A stretch of DNA of 13,563 nt from Candidatus Scalinduaceae bacterium (lineage in GTDB: Bacteria > Planctomycetota > Brocadiia > Brocadiales > Scalinduaceae): assembly GCA_046759445.1 (NCBI GenBank), contig JBHICG010000080.1, positions 1 to 13,563 on the forward strand, in the 5' to 3' direction. Below, in pieces: positions 7,184 through 13,563 of the stretch (the stretch's first letter is position 1; the number at the start of each line of letters is the position of its first letter). The notes beneath the pieces were generated by a model. That model was not told the origin of the DNA. It did no database searches and was given only the letters and a program-made list of their open reading frames with translations. The translations under genes were made by a program, and so were the position numbers.

Positions 7184-8812
7184 GTGATGGTTAATACACT
7201 GCAGAAATATTTAATTAAGGAACTATTCAGAACATTCATACCTGCACTCGTGTGCTTTGAATTCTTGATATTACTTGGGTTTTCAATGCAACTTATACAT
7301 AAAGGGCTCGACATACCAAGTCTTGTTTCCGTAATGCCCTATATGGCTTTGTATTCCTTGCCTCATGCTCTACCTTCTTCCTTACTCACGGCTACAGTTA
7401 TGACTTATGGAAGACTAAGTGCTGATAACGAAATTACAGCAATTAGAATAGCTGGTGTACATCTTCATAACATAATTACGCCCATAATCATTGCTGGAAT
7501 ATTTTTCAGTTTATTAACTTTATTCCTAAATGCAGAAATATTACCCAAATCATACTTTAAAGTAAGGCAACTTCAAGAAAAGGCTGTTAAGCAAGTTCTC
7601 GCCAAACACTTTATAACAGCAAAAAAAAAGATTTATTTCCATCCGTATCAAATCTATATAAGCAGTGTTGAAGATGGTATTTACAAAAATATAGCCGTTT
7701 TTGAGTACGCAGAAGATTATATAACAAGTATACTACTAGCAGAGGAAGGTGAAATAGAAATAAATGATCCTGGTAATTTAGCTTTATTAACATTAAGACG
7801 TGGTGAATTTATTAAGCCTAATACTAAGAACAAGATAGATGTTCCCACAATGGGAAGTTTTGAGGAAGCCACATTTGATATACCGTTAAGGCAAAGAGTA
7901 CGTAACACATCACTTAAATATACCACATTAACCAAGCTTTTATCACAAAGAAAAAAAATTGATAAAGAGTTAAGGAATTCAAAAGAGTTTTTTAAATATC
8001 CAGGAAAAATCATAAAAGACACAACGAAAAATATTTCTCTAATAAGTGATAAAGAAAAAGAAGCTGGAAAAAAGTTAGAACTTGCTAAGCTAGAAATAAG
8101 CAATTCACAAAAAAATATTTCAAAGCAAGAGAAAATAATAAAACGTGCTAATTTTGATATTAACATCTTTGAAAACTATATAAGAGTAGCAAACAATAAT
8201 ATTAACAAAATAATGCAAGAAAAAAGACGTGAAGAAGACAATAAGGGCCATGGAGTTTTCGACACAATAGAAAAAAAACAAAAAAGAGAAGATGAATATC
8301 TTAAAAAGATTTCACTAATCAAAAAAATAATAGAAAAAGAAGACCGAAGGATTAGGACGGCAAAAAGGAAAATACAAATAGCTAAGAGATTAAGAGAAGA
8401 AGGGCACATAAAGATTGATAGGGCGCAATTAACTATAGAAGATATTAAAAATATCAAAAAGAAGTTGAACAAAGAATACACAATCCTTACTAAACGTTTT
8501 GAAACGGCAAGAAATCAAAATTTGAAAAGGGAGTTGTCATTAAATATTCATAAAATACTATCACCTTCTTTTTCCTGTCTTACATTTATCTTGATAGGCA
8601 TCCCTTTAGGTATAATGACAAGAAGCAACAGTATGCTTGTAAGCTTAGGGATTAGTTTCATCTTGATACTGTTCTTTTATTATCCATTAGTTGCAACAGG
8701 ATTAATTCTGGCAGAAAACATAATGTTTCCAATTATTCCCTCTCTCTGGGGAGCAAACGCATTTAACCTTATTCTTGGTATGGTACTTTTTAAAAACATA
8801 CTTAATAAATAG
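7184..8812 (+). CDS. lptF: LptF/LptG (YjgP/YjgQ) family LPS export permease with a large coiled-coil insertion
   Basis: 542 aa (GTG 7184 or ATG 7187). N-terminal LQKYLIKEL, three TM helices, and the family motif YGRLSADNEITAIRIAGV. These are followed by a beta-jellyroll-like segment (ILLAEEG...LTLRRG...FEEATFDI) and C-terminal HKILSPSFSCLTFILIGIPLG plus two more TM helices ending in WGAN. F versus G assignment is tentative. Confidence 0.85.
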   Translation: MMVNTLQKYLIKELFRTFIPALVCFEFLILLGFSMQLIHKGLDIPSLVSVMPYMALYSLPHALPSSLLTATVMTYGRLSADNEITAIRIAGVHLHNIITPIIIAGIFFSLLTLFLNAEILPKSYFKVRQLQEKAVKQVLAKHFITAKKKIYFHPYQIYISSVEDGIYKNIAVFEYAEDYITSILLAEEGEIEINDPGNLALLTLRRGEFIKPNTKNKIDVPTMGSFEEATFDIPLRQRVRNTSLKYTTLTKLLSQRKKIDKELRNSKEFFKYPGKIIKDTTKNISLISDKEKEAGKKLELAKLEISNSQKNISKQEKIIKRANFDINIFENYIRVANNNINKIMQEKRREEDNKGHGVFDTIEKKQKREDEYLKKISLIKKIIEKEDRRIRTAKRKIQIAKRLREEGHIKIDRAQLTIEDIKNIKKKLNKEYTILTKRFETARNQNLKRELSLNIHKILSPSFSCLTFILIGIPLGIMTRSNSMLVSLGISFILILFFYYPLVATGLILAENIMFPIIPSLWGANAFNLILGMVLFKNILNK

Positions 8813-8892
8813 TGAAACTAAACTTCAAGTTTCTAAAATAAGTATATATTAATAAACATAACTTATTATAAGATTGGATTTTAACAACAATC

Positions 8893-8920
8893 TTGACTTT
8901 TTCATCGAATCGGTTATATT
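8893..8920 (+). promoter_or_regulatory. Possible sigma-70 promoter for the DUF1786-rhomboid pair
   Basis: TTGACT (8893-8898)-N16-TATATT (8915-8920), about 45 nt upstream of the TTG at 8964. Confidence 0.4.
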
Positions 8921-8963
8921 AAAATTTGTCAAAAAATAAGAACTATTTAAGTAGGTTTTTAAA

Positions 8964-10025
8964 TTGCCAAAGAAACCATTTCGTATTCTAGCTATTGATG
9001 TTGGCGGTGGGACACAGGACATACTTTTGTATGAAGACAACAAGCCTGTTGAGAACTGCTTTAAACTTGTATTGCCATCCCAAACCGTAATCGTGGGGAA
9101 AAGAATAGAAAAAGCTACAAGTAAAAACAAAGACATCTTTCTACATGGACACATAATGGGTGGTGGAAAATGTGTTACTGCAATAAAAAACCACATAAAA
9201 AAAGGCTTTAGAGTTTATTCAACAAAACATGCTTCAAAGACTATAAGGGACAATTTGACAGAAGTACAAAAACTCGGTGTTGTAATTGTAGAAAAGAAAC
9301 CAAAAAACACCATCTCAATTGAACTTAAGGATATTGATTTAAAAGCATTGCAAAAGGTATTAGCTTCTTTTGAAATTGAAATTCCAGATAAATATGCTAT
9401 AGCAGTTTTCGATCACGGTGAGAACATAAAAGAAAGCAATCGCAAATTCAGATTCAAACAATGGGAAGATTTTATAATAAAACAAGGAGGGTTATTAAAA
9501 GACCTCGTTTTTTGTGATGTACCCCATTATTTTACTCGTATGAAAAGCGTTCAAAATTTTCTAAAGGATGTAATTCTAATGCAAACAGGCACGGCAGCTA
9601 TATGGGGTTCATTATGCGATCCAACAGTGAAAAAGGAAATCCCGAATGGTCTTACAATAATCAACATCGGAAATCAACACACACTAGCAGTGTTAATTAA
9701 AGATGAAAGGATGTGGGGAATCTTCGAACACCATACTTCTTTACTGACTCCAAAGAAATTGAAAAAATTTGTTCACTCTCTACAAAAGAAGTCGTTAAAA
9801 AATGAAGACATTTTTAAGGATAATGGACATGGAAGCATAATCAACCCCGCATGCCCGAAGGAAACAAAATTTGATTTCATAACAGTAGTTGGACCTCAAA
9901 GACAAATTGCAGACGATTTAGATTGTTATTATGCCGCACCTTATGGTGATATGATGCTTACAGGATGTTTTGGTTTGGTTACTTGTGCAAAAAGCCTATA
10001 CGGAGAAAATTTAATATTTAATTAA
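8964..10025 (+). CDS. DUF1786-family protein (uncharacterised, ASKHA/actin-like ATPase motifs)
   Basis: 353 aa, TTG start. ILAIDVGGGTQDILLY...ENCFKLVLPS, G-x-x-MGGG, AVFDHG, SNRKFRF, INIGNQHT, GIFEHHT, GHG, GPQR and AAPYGDMMLTGCFGL match my recollection of the DUF1786 family. No HMM search was run. Confidence 0.8.
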   Translation: MPKKPFRILAIDVGGGTQDILLYEDNKPVENCFKLVLPSQTVIVGKRIEKATSKNKDIFLHGHIMGGGKCVTAIKNHIKKGFRVYSTKHASKTIRDNLTEVQKLGVVIVEKKPKNTISIELKDIDLKALQKVLASFEIEIPDKYAIAVFDHGENIKESNRKFRFKQWEDFIIKQGGLLKDLVFCDVPHYFTRMKSVQNFLKDVILMQTGTAAIWGSLCDPTVKKEIPNGLTIINIGNQHTLAVLIKDERMWGIFEHHTSLLTPKKLKKFVHSLQKKSLKNEDIFKDNGHGSIINPACPKETKFDFITVVGPQRQIADDLDCYYAAPYGDMMLTGCFGLVTCAKSLYGENLIFN

Positions 10026-10032
10026 AAGAATT

Positions 10033-10914
10033 TTGAAGAACTATAACTACTACAAACCTGAATTTAGTATGTCCATAGGAAGCAAGTGGACAAAGGTTAT
10101 TATGGTACTAATAATCGCAAACGTTAGTATCTTTATAATCCAACTCCTGTTTTCGACTATCAATTCACAATGGGGAAGTTCACCTGGCGCCACATTTCCA
10201 GAAAACAATTTAGACAGTAATATAATCCATGAAATAAAATCTGTCCCAGACCTCTTTACAAGTTTTTTCTGGCTCTACCCTCCATATGCTATTGGAAAAC
10301 TATGGTTATGGCAATTTGTAACTTATATGTTTTTACATAGTATTTACGATCCATGGCATATAATATTTAATATGCTCGCATTATGGATGTTCGGTAGCGA
10401 AGTTGAGAGGGCAATGGGATCAAAGAAATTTTTAACCATGTATTTTACTTCGGGTATTTTTGCGGGTATTTTTTGCTGTATATTTACACCAAATAATCCT
10501 ATTCTTGGTGCTTCAGGTGCAGTCTTTGCCATTGAAGTTGCATTTGCTATGTTTTTTCCTAATGCTACCGTAATCTTTTATGTATTCCCAATAAAGGCTA
10601 AATACCTTGTGATGATATTTGCAAGTATTACAATAATTAATTGCCTTATACCCACGGGAGGAAACATTGCGCATTTTGCACATCTCGGAGGTCTTCTTTA
10701 CGGCTTCCTATTCGTTCGTTATGAGCCCAGATTTAGCAATATTCTTATATCATGGCAAGTACAGCAAAGAGAAAGGGAATATATAAAAAATGAAGACCTT
10801 AAAAAGAAAGTTGATATGTTGTTAGACAAGGTTAATCGTGTAGGTATGAAAAATTTAACAAAAAAAGAAAGGGCCTTTCTTAGAAACGCAAGCAAAAAAT
10901 ATAGAAATATGTAA
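10033..10914 (+). CDS. Rhomboid-family intramembrane serine protease with a C-terminal soluble helical domain (DUF6576-like)
   Basis: WQFVTYMFLH, HIIFNMLALWMFG, catalytic Ser in GASG, catalytic His in AHFAHLGG. The tail VDMLLDKVNRVGMKNLTKKERAFL resembles the small domain common on Bacteroidota/PVC rhomboids. Start is TTG 10033, with an alternative ATG at 10069. Confidence 0.93.
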   Translation: MKNYNYYKPEFSMSIGSKWTKVIMVLIIANVSIFIIQLLFSTINSQWGSSPGATFPENNLDSNIIHEIKSVPDLFTSFFWLYPPYAIGKLWLWQFVTYMFLHSIYDPWHIIFNMLALWMFGSEVERAMGSKKFLTMYFTSGIFAGIFCCIFTPNNPILGASGAVFAIEVAFAMFFPNATVIFYVFPIKAKYLVMIFASITIINCLIPTGGNIAHFAHLGGLLYGFLFVRYEPRFSNILISWQVQQREREYIKNEDLKKKVDMLLDKVNRVGMKNLTKKERAFLRNASKKYRNM

Positions 10915-11039
10915 AGCAAAACACAAAATTTTATATACAAAAAAATAACCAGTATTTTAAGATCTTATACAATATTAAATTATTTTTGAGAAACGCTAAA
11001 GAGGTAATAATAGACCTCAAAATGAAAATATTGTAAATT

Positions 11040-11849
11040 ATGATTAACATAGCAATAAATGGAATATGTGGACGTATGGGGTCAACAATTGCTGCGCTTG
11101 TTGCTGAGGATAGTACCCTGAAAATAGTCTCAGCGCTTGAAAGAGAAAAACATCCATATATTGGAAAAGATTTAGGCTCAATTATTGGACAAAAGCAAAA
11201 GGGTGTTATAATATCACATGAACTTAATGGTTCCCCCGATGTCTTAATAGATTTTACATCTCCAGATTCTACTTTAGCCAGACTCAAGACATGTACTGAG
11301 AAAGGTATCGCAATGGTAATAGGTACTACGGGCATAACTGAAAAACAAATGGAACAATTTAATAAGGCATCCGAGAAAATAGCTTGCCTTGTTTCTCCTA
11401 ATATGAGTATAGGCGTAAACCTGCTTTTCCATCTTGTCGAAACAGTATCAAAGATATTAGGGGACAAATCTGACATCGAAATTGTTGAAGCACATCACCG
11501 TTTTAAAAAAGACTCACCTAGCGGGACAGCTTTAAAAATAGCAGAAAAAATATGCAATGTGACAGGTCATAAAATGGAAGATGTTACAATTTATGGACGT
11601 AAAGGTATCACAGGAGAGAGGACACAAGAACAAATATGTATACACTCAATACGATCCGGAGATATAGTTGGAGAACACACTGTAATTTTTGGTAGCATGG
11701 GAGAACGAATTGAGCTCGTTCATAAAGCACAAACCCGAGATTCCTTTGCTATGGGTGCTATTCGCTCTACAAAATTTGTGGCTGAAAAATCACCAGGGTT
11801 ATATGCAATGGAAGATGTTCTAAATGACATATATTCTAAAATACAATAA
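11040..11849 (+). CDS. dapB: 4-hydroxy-tetrahydrodipicolinate reductase
   Basis: 269 aa. Rossmann motif INGICGRMG, DVLIDFT, VIGTTG, SPNMSIGVN, catalytic EAHHRFKKDSPSGTA, HSIRSGDIVGEHTV, ERIELVHKA and RDSFAMGA. Confidence 0.97.
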   Translation: MINIAINGICGRMGSTIAALVAEDSTLKIVSALEREKHPYIGKDLGSIIGQKQKGVIISHELNGSPDVLIDFTSPDSTLARLKTCTEKGIAMVIGTTGITEKQMEQFNKASEKIACLVSPNMSIGVNLLFHLVETVSKILGDKSDIEIVEAHHRFKKDSPSGTALKIAEKICNVTGHKMEDVTIYGRKGITGERTQEQICIHSIRSGDIVGEHTVIFGSMGERIELVHKAQTRDSFAMGAIRSTKFVAEKSPGLYAMEDVLNDIYSKIQ

Positions 11850-11891
11850 TTGATATCTCGATTTTATCATCTATTATAGACATATCACAGC

Positions 11892-11906
11892 ATGCCATTT
11901 TGACAT
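11892..11906. promoter_or_regulatory. Imperfect palindrome ATGCCA-TTT-TGACAT, candidate activator (enhancer) site for dnaK
   Basis: 6-bp arms with one mismatch and a 3-nt spacer, about 100 bp upstream of the sigma-54 -24 element and separated from it by very AT-rich DNA. Confidence 0.5.
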
Positions 11907-11913
11907 AGCACGC

Positions 11914-11941
11914 TTGCAAAAAAGACATATATTTGTATAAT
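11914..11941 (+). promoter_or_regulatory. Possible sigma-70 promoter for dnaK
   Basis: TTGCAA (11914-11919)-N16-TATAAT (11936-11941). Confidence 0.45.
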
Positions 11942-12004
11942 TAAAATATAGTAAATGCTATAAGATTAATATACTAATACGGTTATGGCATTCAAAAAAA
12001 CATA

Positions 12005-12020
12005 TGGTACATTATTTGCT
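12005..12020 (+). promoter_or_regulatory. Sigma-54 (-24/-12) promoter upstream of dnaK
   Basis: TGGTACATTATTTGCT fits TGGYACR-N4-TTGCW with exact GG-N10-GC spacing, 50 nt upstream of the dnaK ATG. Confidence 0.75.
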
Positions 12021-12070
12021 TCAGTAATACATAGTCGTTTAGCTTATTAATTTATAAAAAGGAGATTTTA

Positions 12071-13563
12071 ATGGAGAAAATCATTGGTATAGATTTGGGA
12101 ACAACAAACTCTGTAGTCGCAGTAATGGAAGGAGAACAAGCCAAGGTAATAACAAATGCGGAAGGAAGCAGGATAACCCCTTCTGTTGTGGCTTTTACTG
12201 ATAAGGATGAACGTCTTGTTGGGCAGCTTGCTAGAAGGCAGGCTGTTATCAATCCGAAAAATACAATATTCTCTATTAAGCGTTTTATGGGTAGGAGACA
12301 TAATGAAGTTGCACAAGAAGAGAAACTAGTGCCATATGAAATCGCTGGTAGCCCTGATGAATTAGTAAAAGTTCAAGCCAGAGGTAAGGATTTTACACCT
12401 CCTGAAATCTCTGCAATTATTTTACAAAACCTTAAAAAAACAGCTGAAGATTATTTGGGCGGTCCCGTCAAGAAAGCAGTAATTACTGTCCCCGCTTATT
12501 TTAATGATAGTCAAAGACAGGCCACAAAAGATGCCGGTACAATTGCAGGGCTAGATGTTGTTCGTATTATAAACGAACCAACTGCGGCATCGTTAGCATA
12601 TGGCATTGACAAAAAGAAAAATGAGAAAATTGCCGTATTTGATCTTGGTGGTGGAACATTTGATATTTCAATACTTGAGGTAGGTGAAGGGGTTTTTGAA
12701 GTTCTTTCTACAAATGGTAACACTCATCTTGGTGGAGACGACATTGATCAGGTATTACTGAATTATTTTGCTGACGAATTTAAAAAGGAAAATGGTGTTG
12801 ATCTCAGACAAGACCACATGGCCTTGCAACGACTAAAAGAAGCGGCAGAAAAGGCTAAATGTGAACTTTCAACCTCAACAACCACAGAAGTTAATTTGCC
12901 TTTCATAACAGCAGACCAGACAGGGCCAAAGCATCTTACCATGAGTATAACCAGGGCAAAGTTTGAACAGATGGTAGAATATCTTATTGAAAAATGTCGT
13001 CATCCATGTGAGCTTGCTATGGAAGATGCTAAAGTTAGTCCCAGCGACATAAATGAAGTAATATTAGTAGGTGGAGCAACAAGATCACCACTTGTACAAA
13101 AACTTGTAAAAGAGCTTTTTAAGAAGGAACCAAACAAAAGTGTTAACCCAGATGAGGTTGTCGCATTAGGTGCTGCCATTCAGGGCGCCGTCCTTGCAGG
13201 TGAAGTTCATGATGTCTTATTGTTGGACGTTACCCCACTATCATTAGGAATAGAAACCCTGGGTGGAGTTTGTACTGTTCTAATCACACGTAACACCACA
13301 ATACCCACAAATAAAAAAGAAGCCTTTTCGACTGCGGCAGACAACCAGACAGCAGTAGATATCCACGTATTGCAGGGAGAGCGTTCGATGGCCACTGACA
13401 ATCGAACACTTGGACGTTTTCAATTAGCAGGCATACCTTCTGCACCCCGTGGTATTCCACAAATTGAGGTTTCTTTTGATATTGATGCAAATGGAATCCT
13501 GCATGTTTCAGCAAAAGACCTTGGAACAGGCAAGGAACAATCAATTCAGATAAAATCATCTTC
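12071..13563 (+). CDS. dnaK: Molecular chaperone DnaK (Hsp70), 3' end beyond the window
   Basis: Not in the ORF track because no stop falls inside the window. RBS AAGGAG at 12059-12064, ATG at 12071. Manual translation: [14 protein letters not shown]...TPSVVAF...[21 protein letters not shown]...[14 protein letters not shown]...[13 protein letters not shown]...[14 protein letters not shown]...[16 protein letters not shown]...[20 protein letters not shown]. Confidence 0.98.
   Translation, partial: MEKIIGIDLGTTNSVVAVMEGEQAKVITNAEGSRITPSVVAFTDKDERLVGQLARRQAVINPKNTIFSIKRFMGRRHNEVAQEEKLVPYEIAGSPDELVKVQARGKDFTPPEISAIILQNLKKTAEDYLGGPVKKAVITVPAYFNDSQRQATKDAGTIAGLDVVRIINEPTAASLAYGIDKKKNEKIAVFDLGGGTFDISILEVGEGVFEVLSTNGNTHLGGDDIDQVLLNYFADEFKKENGVDLRQDHMALQRLKEAAEKAKCELSTSTTTEVNLPFITADQTGPKHLTMSITRAKFEQMVEYLIEKCRHPCELAMEDAKVSPSDINEVILVGGATRSPLVQKLVKELFKKEPNKSVNPDEVVALGAAIQGAVLAGEVHDVLLLDVTPLSLGIETLGGVCTVLITRNTTIPTNKKEAFSTAADNQTAVDIHVLQGERSMATDNRTLGRFQLAGIPSAPRGIPQIEVSFDIDANGILHVSAKDLGTGKEQSIQIKSS

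Noticed and set aside
7717..8481. 149-aa and 101-aa hydrophobic minus-strand ORFs opposite the LptF insertion
   Set aside because: F/L/S/I richness is the expected mirror of A-rich K/E/R codons on the coding strand.
10984..11022. Lysine riboswitch or attenuator upstream of dapB (AGAGGT...ACCTC dyad)
   Set aside because: Only a 5-bp stem. The whole spacer is 125 bp and AGAGG is about 40 nt from the start codon, too short for the ~170-nt lysine aptamer.
10931..11476. 181-aa minus-strand ORF opposite dapB
   Set aside because: Antisense shadow of dapB with no motifs.
11906..11931. CIRCE element (TAGCACGC resembles the left arm TTAGCACTC)
   Set aside because: There is no GAGTGCTAA-like right arm 9 nt downstream.
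12052..13559. Minus-strand ORFs in the last 1.5 kb
   Set aside because: Antisense shadows of dnaK, which is the real gene on the plus strand.

Overview
AT-rich bacterial chromosomal window made mostly of housekeeping genes. In order: the 5' part of tRNA-Val(GAC) (-, cut by the window edge), nadA (+), uvrA (-), a 525-bp repeat- and hairpin-rich spacer, an MsbA-like ABC half-transporter (-) divergent from an LptF/LptG-family permease (+), a DUF1786-like ASKHA-fold protein (+), a rhomboid protease (+), dapB (+) and dnaK (+, 3'-truncated and missing from the ORF track). The DnaK segment [15 protein letters not shown] and the low GC suggest a planctomycete, possibly an anammox Brocadiales organism; this is inference from recall, not a search. 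I see no CRISPR array, transposase, integrase or prophage gene. Most notable: (i) the LptF/G protein carries a ~185-residue charged helical-hairpin insertion on its predicted periplasmic side and is paired head-to-head with an MsbA that also has an enlarged periplasmic loop; (ii) dnaK has a near-perfect sigma-54 promoter plus an upstream palindrome and no CIRCE; (iii) the uvrA-msbA spacer holds an unexplained cluster of RAACWATGTAG motifs and hairpins; (iv) a small hydrophobic ORF is ATGA-coupled to nadA.
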